Position numbers and translations under genes: made by a program. The notes under the pieces are model-generated. The model was not told where the DNA came from, ran no database searches, and saw nothing but the letters and a program-made list of their open reading frames with translations. Positions 13,511 to 26,231 of a stretch of 64,000 bases of DNA are shown here, piece after piece. This DNA comes from the human T2T-CHM13v2.0 reference genome, Homo sapiens. The DNA is taken from NCBI RefSeq assembly GCF_009914755.1, contig NC_060931.1; one strand, given 5' to 3'. Every line of letters starts with the position of its first letter. Position 1 is the first letter of the stretch.

Positions 13511-14216
13511 CAAACACTGTATGATCGCATTTGACTAGGATTTACATTTATTAGGTGGCATTCTACTAGAAGGAAAAGCTTTCTTTTCACTACATTTATT
13601 CACTTGCATCCATAGGGACTCAATCCTAATTGTGTAAAATAGGGTTATGATCTGTTACTATTTTTACTTTTTTTCTTGATCATATTGTTCCAGTGTTGTC
13701 CCAGGTCCAGCCAGTCAGGGTTCCCCTGGTTGGATTCTTTTTTTTTTTTTTTTTTGAGACGGAGTCTCTCTCTGTCCCCCAGGCTGGAGTGCAGTAGCGT
13801 GATCTCAGCTCACTGCAAACTCCACCTCCTGGGTTCACGCCATTCTCCTGCCTCAGCCTCCGAGTAGCTGGGACTACAGGCGCCCGCCACCACGCCCGGC
13901 TAATTTTTTGTATTTTTAGTAGAGATGGGGTTTCACCGTGTTAGCCAGGATGGTCTCGATCTCCTGACCTTGTAATCCACCCGCCTCGGCCTCCCACAGT
14001 GCTGGGATTACAGGCGTAAGCCAACAAGCCCGGCCTCCGGGTTGGCTTCTGTGTCCATCTGGCATGTCCCCACCATTCTATGGTAATGGGACTTTCTCAT
14101 ATGCTAGCACAGTACAATGTTCCAGTCTCATCTTTTGCTTTCCTGTTGCAGTCCTGGATTTGGCCACTTCTCCAGGGTACCCTGTTCTTTCTAGTGGAGA
14201 ATGGTTTGTAGAAGTC
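12869..14216. repeat. Long inverted repeat: left arm 12869-13237, right arm 13541-14216 (contains Alu), spacer about 300 bp
   Basis: Left 'gaatggtggggacatgccagatggacacagaagccaa' is the exact reverse complement of right 'ttggcttctgtgtccatctggcatgtccccaccattc'; similarity extends along both arms. Confidence 0.95.
13738..14035 (-). mobile_element. AluY-like, inserted in the right arm of the inverted repeat
   Basis: Full Alu with 'ttcacgccattctc' and 'ttagccaggatggtctcgatc'; imperfect TSD cctggttggattct/ccgggttggcttct. Confidence 0.95.
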
Positions 14217-14217
14217 A

Positions 14218-14386
14218 TTTTTTGTAGAGACAAAAAATAAAAATAAAAAAATTAGCTAGGCATGGTGGCATGCACCTGTGTCACTATGTCACCCAGGCTG
14301 GCCTTTAACTCCTGGGCGCCGGTGATCCTCCTGCCTTGGCCTTCCAAGGTGCTGGAATTATAGGTGTGAGCCACTGTACCAGGCCC
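14218..14386 (-). mobile_element. AluJ-like fragment with an internally inverted segment (about 14232-14279 in + orientation)
   Basis: 'tttttgtagagac' + sense 'aaaaaattagctaggcatggtggcatgcacctgt' + antisense left monomer 'tcactatgtcacccaggctgg...gagccactgtaccaggcc'. Confidence 0.8.
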
Positions 14387-14389
14387 ATA

Positions 14390-15400
14390 GATTTAGTTTT
14401 AATAGGTCAGTCAAATGGTTTTCCAAAGTGTTTGTAGCAATTTACACTCTAACCAGCAATATATAAGATGTTTGTTTTCTCGACATCCTTAACACTTGGT
14501 ATTTTTAGTTGTTTCTAGCAGGAAAGGCGTGGTATTGAACTTTGAGGGCTAGTGAAGTTGGCACATTTTTCTGTTGATTGGTATTTGAAGCCCTTCTTTT
14601 GTGCAGCATCTGCTCAAGTCATTTGTCAATTTTTATCACATGCTTTATCTTTTTCTTAATGATTTCTAAGTGTCCTTTATATATTCTAGATATGAATTCT
14701 TTGTTAGATATACTTACGATTATCTTCTTCCACCCTTTGAGTTGCATTTTTTTTTTTTTTTTTGAGACAGAGTCTTGCCCTGTTGCCCAGGCTGGAGTGC
14801 AATGGCGTGATCTCGACTCACTACAACCTCCGACCTCCTGGGTTCAAATGATTCTCCTGCCTCAGACCCCTGAGTAGCTGAGATTACAAGCGCCTGCCAC
14901 CATGCCCAGCTAATTTTTGTATTTTTGGTAGAGGTGGAGTTTCACCATGTTGGCCAGGCTGGTTTCGAACTGCTGACCTCGTGATCTGCCCACCTCGACC
15001 TCCCAAACAGCTGGGATTACAGGCATAAGCCACTGTACCGGCACTGGATTGAATTTTACTCTTGCTGAGGTCTTTTGATGAACAGAAGTTGTTAATTTTA
15101 ATATGAGTTTTTAACAACTTTTTTTCTTTTACCCTTAGCTTTTTGTTTGCTCTTTTTAAGAAATCTTGCTTGTTCCAAGGTCATGAAGATGTTCTCTATA
15201 GTTTTCTCTAAAAGCTTGTTACATCATTTGCATTTAGACATGCAAACCATCTGCTATTGATTTTTTTGTATTGTGTGCTGGGGGTTAGTATATTTCTTTC
15301 ATATGGATTTAAAATTGGCTTAGCACTGCTTATTGAAAACATCATGTTTTCCCTCACTGCGCTGAAGTCTCATCTTTGTCATAAATCAGACGAATGTGCA
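14390..15400 (-). mobile_element. Old L1 (L1ME-like) fragment interrupted by an Alu
   Basis: 'ttttccaaagtgtttgtagcaatttacactctaaccagcaat', 'tcttttgatgaacagaagtt', 'ccaaggtcatgaagatgttctc'. Confidence 0.7.
14747..15042 (-). mobile_element. AluS (Sg-like)
   Basis: Full-length antisense Alu with 'gacctcgtgatc'. Confidence 0.92.
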
Positions 15401-16189
15401 TGTATGCTTGGGTGTACTTTGGACACCCAAGTTAAAAACCTTTGGTTTTTAATGCACAAGCCTCAGAGAACACACATCTCTCATTATGGAAGGTCTTTTT
15501 TTTGGCCAATATTTATATAGGAAAAACTATCTATTTATGTTCCTGAAACTCAATATATATTTTAACAAAATGTGCAGCAAAAGCCTCAATTGCGTCCCAA
15601 ATGTAATTGGTAGAATGTGCAAATCACTGTGGATGTCGTTAAAAAGTGCTGAGTGTTAAAGGCATTGTGCTTCTCAAATGTTCTTGCTTTTATCTAAGAC
15701 CCTTTGCGGCATCCAAAACAACGGGTAACAGTCGTGTTGGTGGTTACAGTTTTAACTTGACAGTTTGTTATTTACATGTGGGTGTTTTGCAGTGTTTTAG
15801 TGATCTTCAAGAAAATTAGGGGGAGGTATTTTTGTTTCTATGATTTGCCTTAAATACAGTAGAAAATAGGATCTTGGTTTTTATGAAGATGTCTGATTTT
15901 CAAGGGATTCTTCTGTTAAGCAGTAGATGCCTGCATTTTGCTCACCAGCTCTCAGTTCTATGTGGACTTAAGGATACCAATGCAGAATTTATTTGCAAGC
16001 AATTTAGGACTCTGATTTTGCAACTACGCAAGTGTCCTTTTCAATTCCTTTATTCAAAACAGGATGTGTTAATTTTGGAAAAATAATAGTTAAATGTGTA
16101 AGTTTATGAAACCCTAAGCTTAAATTCTGGTTAGACACACCCTGGTTTCCTGTACCTTTTTTTCATTACATATATTTATAATTTTTTCA

Positions 16190-19100
16190 TTTTATATTTA
16201 TATGCATTTTGAAATTTTACAATAGTTTTAGGTTTACAGAACGTTTGTGAAGATAATATAGAATTCTCATGTAACAGATACCCAGTTTGGGTGATTACTA
16301 TTTTATATTAGTATGGTCATAATTGTATTGTATATTGTACATAATTGTATGTTAGTATTTGTCATAATTGATGAACCGATATTGACAGGATATGACTAGC
16401 TGAAGCCCATACTTTATTCACATTTCCTTAGATTTACCTAATGCCCCCCTTTTTTGCTCTAGGATCACATGAAGGATGCCACATTACATGGAGTGGCCCC
16501 ATTTCCTTAGGCTTCTGTCAGCTGCGACACTGTCTCAGACCCCTTGTTCTTGATGACCTTGACAGTGTTGAGGAGTATTGATCAGATATTTTGTAGAATG
16601 TCCCTTAATTAAAATTTGCCTGATATTTTTCTCATAATTAGACTGGGGTAGTGGGTTTTTTGGAGGAAGACCACAGAGGTAAAGTGCTGTTTTCCTCATA
16701 TTGTGAAGGGTACATATTGTTAATTATGATTCATGACTGTTAATGTTCGCCTTGATGATTTAGCCGAGGTAGTGTTGGTCAGGTTTTTCCATCGTAGACT
16801 GGCTCTTTTTCCCCTTTACCTGCTGTAGTTTTTGGAAGGAAGTCCTTAGTTGTAGTCCACTCTTACGAAGTAGAGAGTTACACACTCTCTTCCTTGAGTA
16901 ACTACGTAAGTAACTACGTAAATTATTTGGAATTCTTCCACATGAGAGATGCCTCTTTTCCTTCACTATCTATGTATTGGATCATTTATTTATACCAGCA
17001 TTAATTTTATTTATGATTACTTTATACTTTGGGTGATAATATAATACAACTTTATCTTGTTCAAATCGCTCCAGCTTTGGCCAGTGGAAGCTCTTTCAGT
17101 TGGCTTCTGTGCCCTTTTAACGTGCCCCTATTCATGTAGGTTTTGGTGGGGGCTCTTTCTTACTTTTTGGCACTAAAAGAGGCTCCAGGATCATCTTACA
17201 TATATCTTCTCCTTCAATCCTAGATTCAGTCATTTCTTCAAGGAACTCTGGTTTCTTTTGTTGAAGGTTGATGTTAGAAATCAAGATCTGTATGCTATAT
17301 GTGTTCACTGCTACTGGAGTGTCATTTCTTTCAGACATTCTCACATGACAACATGAAATATAGTGTTAATGCTAACATATATATTCTATATGTTACCATC
17401 TGTATCTAGGTAAAGCTAAACATAAGCTCATCCTGAGGTCACCAACTTTAATCCACTACCACATAGATCATTTTAGCCTCCCCCTTTGCTTAACTGTAAC
17501 CTCCCACTCCAATAGTAAGAAATCTGACTCTCATTTACTTAATAGTTCGATTAGAGTATAAATGTGTAGCAGTTTCAGAACCTTGAGCCCCTTCCCCCAT
17601 ATGAAACAACTGTATCAACTAGGGAATAGTGCTTATGTGTAGTTCCTTTTGCCTTTAGTCTTACAGACTCCACTCATTTCCAAAGTTACTTGTCTACACA
17701 TTTCTCCTAACCTCTTCAGTAAAGTATATTCATACTTTTGTAATGCCAGGTATGGGGGAATAATACAGGTCAATTCTTTGGTCACAATATGCATTCCATC
17801 CTGGGAAATATAACTTCCTAAATGATTCTTTTAAAATGTAAATACATTAAGGTTCACTTTTCGTGCTGTCTATGGGTTTTGATAAATGCATATTATCATG
17901 TAGCCACCATTACAGTATCATAGAAAATAGTTTCATCATCCTAAAAAAAAACCCTATGCTTCATCTTTTTGAGGGCCACCTCAAATCCTCTAGAGTCATT
18001 GATCTGCATTGCCAGTGGTTTTCCAGATGGTGTATAAATGGAATCCTATAATATGTAGACCTGGACAATATGCATTTGAAATTTATTCACGTCTTTTCCT
18101 AGATTGATACCTCATTTTTTTTTAGCAGTGAATAACAGTCATAGTGTGGATATGGCACAGTTTATTGATTTACCTATTGAAGGACATCTTGGCTACTTCT
18201 AGGTTTTGGTGATTATGAATGAACATGTGCTGTAATATGTACATGCATGTTCAGGTTTTTTTGGTGTGGACACGTATTTTCAAATTGGTTGGGTAAATAC
18301 CTAGGAGAGTCATTGCTGGATCATACATGGCAAGACTGTGTTTAGCTTTGTAAGAAACTGTCAGTCTTCCAACATGGCTGTACCATTTTGCATTTCCACC
18401 AGAAATGGATGAGAATTACTGTTGCTCTACATCCTTGCCACCTTTTTGTTTAATTTATTCTTTCTTTTGCTTTCCTGTTTTCAATTGCATTGATTACTGC
18501 TCTGATAATTATTATGTCCTTCCTTTGCTAGCTTTGAGTATATTTTGTTCTTCTTTTTTATAGATTCTGTGGGCAGAAAGTTATGTGACTGATTTAAGAC
18601 TTTTCCTTATTTCCAGCGTAGGGATTTTGGTGCCACAAATTTTCCTTTCAGCATGGCTTCGGTTGTGTTCCAAAATTTTTGATTTGTTCCATTATTGTTT
18701 TTCTTCAGTTAATGCCTTTTTTATAATATTTCTTGAGGCCTATTATTTTACTCATGGATTATTTAGAAGTGTGTTCTTTAGTTTTAAATATTTGGAGATT
18801 TTCCTATTATCTTTCTTTTTTTGTCCTGGTTTAATTGTAATCAGGAACATACTCTATGATGTCAATTTTTTAAAATTTTATTAAGGTTTATCTCATGCCC
18901 AGGGATGTAGTCTATTTTCATATTTTTTTGTGAGAACTTGAAAGAAGATGTATTCTGCTGTTGTTAGTTAGAGTGTCTTATAAATGTTGATTGAATCCTG
19001 TTGGTTGATAGTGTTGTTGAGTTCTTCTATATCCTTGTTGATTTTCTGTCTAGTTCTGTCAATTGTTAAGAAAGAGGTGTCGAAGCCTCCAACTATAATT

Positions 19101-20365
19101 GTGGATTTGTTTATTTCTCCTTCTGATTGTATCAATTTTTGCTTCTCATATTTTGCAACTCTGTTGTTTGGTCCATATGCATCATTTATTGAGCTTCGTA
19201 TTCCATTACTATAATATTCAATTCTAAAATTACCATTTTTTAAATTTATACCATCTATTTCTTCACTGAGACATCATATTTTTGTTTAGGCTTTCTAGTT
19301 TTAAGTTTGTTTTTATTTTTTTTAAGCATATTTGTAATCGCCCTTTGAAACATTTTTATTACACTGCTTTAGAATCACACTAATTCTAACATCTCTGTTA
19401 TCTGGTGTTGGCATCTATTGATTTTATTTTTGCATTCAGTTTAAGATGACCCTGATTCTCAGTGTAATGAGTAATTTTCATTTGAAACTTGAACATTTTT
19501 GTATTACATTCTGAGACTATGGATCTTCTTTAAGCCTTCTGTTTTACCTAGCTTTCTTTGACATTTCTCTGACAGAGGGTGGGGCAGGGGCACCACCTCC
19601 TTGCTGCCAAGTAGGGGTGAAGTTTAGGGTTTCCAACTCTGCCTCCACTGGTGACCGAGGGTGAGCCCCTCATTCCTGCCTTGTGGGTTTGGGAGTTCTG
19701 GTTCCCTGCGCCGTCTTCCATGACACTGCTGTGGGGACACCTGGTTACTACTGGGTGATGGTGAAAGTCCTGACTTTCCACTAGGTCTACTTGACACCAA
19801 CCCAGTAGTGAGGAAGAGGGACTCCTGTTTACTGCCAGGTATGAGTGTAAGTCCAGGTTCTTCATATGGTCTCCACTGACAGAGTGGTAGTGGGTGGACA
19901 CTCCCTACCAGATGGTGGGATGAAAGTACTGGCTACCTATTTGATCTTCTCTGACATTACCCCAGCGGGAATGTTGTCGTGTCTTGTAACATCTTTGCAA
20001 GGATGGAAATTTAGGCTTCCTCATCCAACCTTTGCTGATATTGAGTAGAGGTGAGGCCACAGATTTGCTGTGTGTTGGCTAGAGTAGAGCAGTCATTGCC
20101 TGAAGATTTTCTGTTTTTCCAAAAAGATTTTTCCTTTGTCCTTTGGCATTTCTGGGGTGTCAGTTTCTTTAGCTTCTAGTCTGGAATTTATGAAACACAA
20201 AGAAAATCCAGGGAACTCAGCACTACGTTATTCTGCAGAGCCCATGCCTTAGTCAGGCTGCCTTCTCCCCTCTACCTTTCAGAGTCTTCTTGGGTTTTTA
20301 GATGTACTTAGTGGAAAAATAGGGGAAAGTACACTAACTTTATCTTCTTCAGAAGCAGAAATTCC
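16190..20365 (-). mobile_element. Fragmented L1MD-type element (3'UTR, ORF2 5' part, 5' region)
   Basis: L1MD 3'UTR 'gaagaccacagaggtaaagtgc'; antisense endonuclease-region sequence 'ctatatccttgttgattttctgtcta...ctccaactataattgtggatttg'; no intact ORF. Confidence 0.7.
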
Positions 20366-20713
20366 TTGATCTAATTTTTATTATTTCTTTTATTTCTACT
20401 TGATTTAGGCTTATGTTTGATTTCAGTTTCTTAAGGTGAAAGCTTAGATTATTGGTTTGAGATATTTCTTCTTTAATAATATATGAATTTAATGCTAGAA
20501 GTTTCCTTCCAAGCACATGCTTTCACTACTTCCCACAAAGTTTAGTAATTTGTATTTAATTTTTATTTAGTTCCAAATAAATTTTGATTTCTCTTGAGAC
20601 ATCTTTTACTCATGGATTATTTAGAAGCATACTGTATAATTTCCAAATATTTTGGGATTTCCTGGTATCTGTTACGGATATTTAGTTTAATTTCATTGTG
20701 CTCTGAGAACATA

Positions 20714-23074
20714 CAGGTATACCTTGCTGGATGGCACTTTGCAGATACTGAGTTCTTTACAAATTGAAGGTTTGTGGCAATCCTGCATTGAGTGAGACCG
20801 TTGGCACCATTCTTTCAATAGTGGGTGCTTGTGTTGTGTCTCAGTGTAATATTTAGTAATTCTTACACTATTTCAAACTTTTTCATTATTATTATATCTG
20901 TTATAGTGATGTGTGATCATTGATCTTTGATGTTACTATTGTAGTTGTTTTGGGTGTCATGAGCTCTGACCATATAAGATGGCAAACTTAATTGATAAGT
21001 GTGGTGTGTATTCTGACTGCTCTACTGACCAACCATTTTTCTGTCCCTCTCTCTCTCTATCTCTTTGGGCCTTGCTATTCTCTGAGACATAACAATATTA
21101 AAATTAGGCCAATTAATAACCCTACGATGACCTCTAACTGTTCAAGTGAAAGTAGAGTCACACATCTCTCACTTTAAATAAAAAGCTAGAAATGATTAAG
21201 TTTAATGAAGAAGGCTTGTTGAAAGCTGAGATGGGCCAGAAGCTAGGCCACTGTGCCAAACAGTTAGACAAGTTGTAAGTGAAAAAAAAGTTCTTGAAGG
21301 AAATTGAAAGTGCTACACCAGTCAATGCATGAATGATAAAAAAAAGTGACACAGCCTTATTGCTGATGTGGAGAAAGTTTGAGTGGTTTGGATAGAAGAT
21401 CAAACCAGCCACAGCATTCCCTTAAGACAAAGCCCAATCCGGAGCGAGGCCCTAACTCTCTTTATTTCTATGAAGACTGACAGAGGTGAGGAAACTGCAA
21501 AAGAAAAGTTGGAAGCAAGTAGAGGTTGGTTCAGGAGGAAAGATGCTGTCTCCATAACATAAAAGTGGAAGGTGAAGCAGTAAGTGCTGATGTAGAAGCT
21601 GCACAAGTTGTCCAGAAGATCTAACTAACATAATTGATGAAGGTGGCTGCACCAAACAACAGATTTTTCAATGTTAATGAAACAGCCTTATTTTGGAAGA
21701 TGCCATCTAGGACTTTGACAGCTAGAGAGGAGTCCATGCCTGGCTTCTAAGCCTCAAAAGACAAGCTGACTTTTTTTTAGGGGCGGATACAGCTGGTTAC
21801 TTTAAGTTGAAAGCAATGCTCATTTACCATCTCATAAATCCTAGAGTCCTTAACAATTACACTAAATGTACTCTTCCTGTGTTGTCTACATAGAACAACA
21901 AAGCCTGGATGACTGCACATCTGTTTACAGCATGGTTTGCTGAATATTTTAAGCTTACTATTGAGACCTGCTGTTCAGAAAAAGATTCCTTCCAAAATAT
22001 TATTGCTCATTGACAATGCACCTGGTCACCCAATAGCTTTGCTGGAGATGTACAAGGAGATGAATGTTGTTTTTATGCCTGCTGTCACAACATCCATTCT
22101 ACCACCCATGGACCAAGGACTAATTTCAACTTTCAAGTCTTATTATTTAGGAAATACATTGCATAAGGCTATAGCTGCCATAGATAGTGATTTCCTGGTG
22201 GATCTTGGCAAAGTAAAGTGAAAACTTTCTGGAAAGGATTCATCATTTGGGATGTCATCAAGAACATCCATAATTCATAAGAGGAAGTCGATGTTTCAGT
22301 ATTAACAGGAGTTTGGAAGAAGTTGATTCCAACCCTTGTGAATGACTTTGAGTGGCCAAAGACTTCAGTGGAGGAAATTGCTTCAAATGTGGTAGAAATA
22401 GCAAAAGAACTAGAATTATAAGTGGAGTCTGAAGATGTGACTGAATTGCTGTGATCTCATAACAAAACTTGAACATATGAGGAGCTGCTTCTTAGACATG
22501 AGAAAAGAAAGTGGTTTCTTGAGATGGAAACTACTCCTGGTGAAAATGTTGTGAACATTGTTGAAATGACAACATAAACTTGGTTGATAAAGCAGCAGCA
22601 GGGTTTGCGAAGATTGACTCTAATTTTGGAAGAAGTTCTACTGTGTGTAAAATGCTATCAAATAGCATTGCATGCTACAGAGAAATCATTTGTGAAAAGC
22701 AGGGTCAATTGACAAAGCAAACTTTATTATTGTCTTATTTTAAGAAATTGCCACAGCCACTTCAGCAACTACCACCCTGATTAGTCAGCAGCCATCAACA
22801 TCAAGGCAAAACCCTCCACCAGCTAAAAGATTCTGACTTTCTGAAAGTTCAGATGATCATTAGCATTTTTTAGCAAGAAAATATTTTTAAATTAATGTAT
22901 ATACTTTTTTTTCCAGACCTAATGATATTACACACTTAATATATTACAGTATGGTATAAATACAATTTTTATATGCACTAGAAACCAAGAAATTTGTGTG
23001 ACTCGTATTATTGCAGTATTCACTTTATTGTGATGGTCTGAAACCAGACTCACAGTATCTCCAATGTATGCCTA
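20714..23074 (+). mobile_element. Tigger1 DNA transposon (TcMar-Tigger/pogo), near full length
   Basis: Termini 'caggtatacct' and 'tgtatgccta', each flanked by TA; internal transposase remnants. Confidence 0.95.
21127..22500 (+). pseudogene. Degenerate Tigger1 transposase (CENP-B-like HTH + DDE)
   Basis: Start MTSNCSSE (cf. MASKCSSE), KLEMIK; ORF 21937-22221 contains [13 protein letters not shown] and [14 protein letters not shown]; multiple stops and frameshifts; end coordinate approximate. Confidence 0.9.
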
Positions 23075-23306
23075 TACTTTGTATGATTTCTATTCTTTTA
23101 AACTTGTTAAAGTGTTTTTTATGGCTCAGCATATGGTCTATCTTGGTGAATGTTCCACCCAAGCATGAGATAAACCTGCTGTTTTGGATGGCATATCCTA
23201 TAAATTAGATGAGGCTGATTAATAGTGGTATTCAGGTCATCTATATCCTTATTGATTTTCTGTCTGCTTGGTCTATCAATTACTGACAGATGTTTACAGA
23301 AGTCTC

Positions 23307-23654
23307 TAATAAGGTTTGGCTCTGTGTCCCCACCCAAATCTCATCTCAAATCGTAATCCCCACGTGTTGAAGGAGGGGCCTGGTGGGAGGCGATGGAATC
23401 ATGGGGGCAAACTTTCCCCTTGCTATTCTCATAGTAGAGATCTCATGAGATCTAGTTGATTGCAAGTATGTAGCACTTCCCCTTTCACCCTCTCTTCTTC
23501 CCGCTGCAGCCATATAGGACATGCTGACTTCCCCTTTGTCTTCTGCCATGATTGTAAGTTTTCTAAGGCCTCCCCAACCATGCTTCCTGTACAGCCTGTG
23601 GAACTGTGAGTCAATTATGTATTTATAGCATTATGAGAATTATGTCTTTATACA
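23307..23654 (+). mobile_element. MSTA-type MaLR solo LTR
   Basis: 'ggtttggctctgtgtccccacccaaatctcatctc'; 5-bp TSD GTCTC. Confidence 0.9.
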
Positions 23655-25898
23655 GTCTCCAATTATAATGGTAGATTTGTCTATCTCTCCGTTAAGCAGT
23701 GGCAGTTTTTTTTGAGTCACGTGTTTTGATGCTTTTTTATTAGATGCATACATCTTAAGGATTGTTATATCTCTTGGATAATTTACCTCTTTATCATTAA
23801 GTAATGCCCTCTTTTATCCCTAGTAATAGTCCTTGTTTTGAAGTCTGCATTGTCTGTAATTAATATGCCTACTGTAGCTTTCTTTCGTTAGTATTAGTAT
23901 GGCAAAGATTATTCTATTCTTTTGTTTTTAACCTGAGTTGCCATATTTGAAATGGGTTTCTTATAGATAACATTTAGTTTGTTCTGTTTGTTTTTTAAGT
24001 GGCTGAAAATCTGTTGATTGGTATATTTAAACTATTTATGTTAAATTAATTATTGACATACTTGGATTAATATGTGCCACTTTTTAAACTTTATATTTGA
24101 TGCCTTTGTTTTGTGTTTTATTTCCTCATTTATCTGCCTTCTGATTTTTAATTAAATATTTCATATAAGTCCATTTTACTTCCTTTCTTAGCATATCAAT
24201 TATATGTCTTTTTACAAATTTTTGTGGTTGCCCTAGAGGTTGTAATATAATTTTTAACTAATATTTATCCTTCTTCCACCTCCTTCCAATAACATTATAC
24301 TATTCCTCACGTAGTGCAGGTGCCTTACAAGAGAGTATTTCCAATTTCTTATTCCTTGAGATATTGCTCTTATTCATTTTATTAATCCATGTGCTTAATC
24401 ACTCAATACATCATTATTACTCATGCTTTGGACAAACTATTATCTTTTATATAAATTAAGATGAATTAATTACTTTATTACCTTTATTTCCTCTGTGTTG
24501 CTCTTTTTTCTTTATGTAGATCCATGTTTCTTCGACTTATATCACTTTCCTTCTGCCTGAAAAACTTTTATCATTTCTTTCAAGGCAGGTCTGCTGGTGT
24601 TTTTTTTTTTTTTTTCCTGTTTTTGTTCATCTGAGAAAGCATTTATTTCTTCTTCATGTTTGAAAGATAGTTTCACCAAATATAGAATTCTAATTCTGGT
24701 TTTATGTTGTTTTCTGTCAATCCTTTAAGAATTTCACTCACTCTCTTCTTTCTTGCATGGTTTCTAATGAGAAGTTTGCTGTAATTCTTATCCTTGTTCC
24801 TATACAGGTAACATCTTTTATCCCTCTCTGGCTTTTCAGAAGATTTTCTGTCCTTGATTTAAAATTTTTGATTATTATATACCTAGTTTCATTTTGTTTT
24901 AGTTTAGTTTAATTTGTTTGTTGCATTTATTCTGGTTTGTGATCTTTGAGCTTCAGGAACTGTGATTTGATGTCTTCCATTAATTTTGGAAAGTTCTGTG
25001 ACATTATTACTTCAACTATTTCTTCTGCTCAGATATCTCTTCTTCCTCTGGTATTCCACTTACATGTACTTTTTCCCTAGTAGGTGAGAAAGGAAACTAG
25101 AGGGTGTTGGAGTGGAAAGAGATCCCTTCTACCTGCTGGATAAATTTCTGGCAAAATATTTTCCTCTAGAAAGCAGGCTTGTGTTGTGGAAACTACTCTG
25201 GGCATATTATATAGTTTATCTCTCTGCCAGAGTCATATGTGCATTTTTCCCAGATCTTCATCATGTGAACTTGGTGGAGTTCTCAGAAGTAAAGCTCAAG
25301 GAAGTGTGGCTGCATTCCACCTCCAATAGTGTGGTTTCAAGACGTTTATTATTCTTATGCTCGTCATACTCAGCATCCAGCTTGATTAATGGATTCATCA
25401 AAATGTTTAAGTGTTGAATTTAAGTGTGTTTGCCAGTTTTAACTTCTGCTCCAGGTAACAGATTTCAGCTGTGACTCCCTATATGTTTCTCCAGAATCTG
25501 GGGAGAGGTTGCCCTACTATCTCACTTCTCTAATAAGTTCAGTAAGAGTCATTGATTTTCACTTTGTCCAGATTTTTCCTGCTGTAAGAAAAAGAGCGAT
25601 GACTTCCAAGCTCTTCACATGCTGGAGGTGAAACTGGAAATCTTTCACACTACATTTTCATCGTCATTTATTTGAGTTCATTACAGAAAGAGACTGTATC
25701 TTCAAGATCTAGAATGCTAAGTGAAAAAAGATTCAATTATGATCATTGGTTAAATATAGTAAGTGCTCATTAAAAATAGCTATTATTATTACCATTTAAA
25801 AATATTGAAGCCTCCCCAAAGATTAAGCAAATTAACTTATTAATCAATAAGCGGAAGATGTTATCCCAGGAACTTTGATCCAAATGTCATATTCTTCT

Positions 25899-26231
<333 letters not shown>

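Larger units (their letters stand above)
20370..25640 (-). mobile_element. Second old L1M fragment split by Tigger1 and an MST LTR
   Basis: L1 sequence rejoins across Tigger1 (tctgagaacata|ctttgtatgatttc) and across the MST LTR (gaagtctc|caattataat). Confidence 0.7.

Noticed and set aside
21127-22500. Possible domesticated TIGD/CENP-B-like gene
   Set aside because: Multiple stops and frameshifts, with both TIRs retained; an ordinary decayed Tigger1.
18450-23300. Apparent direct repeat between about 18.7-19.2 kb and about 20.6/23.1-23.3 kb
   Set aside because: Both are the same part of L1 ORF2 and are strongly diverged, consistent with two independent old L1 insertions rather than a local duplication.
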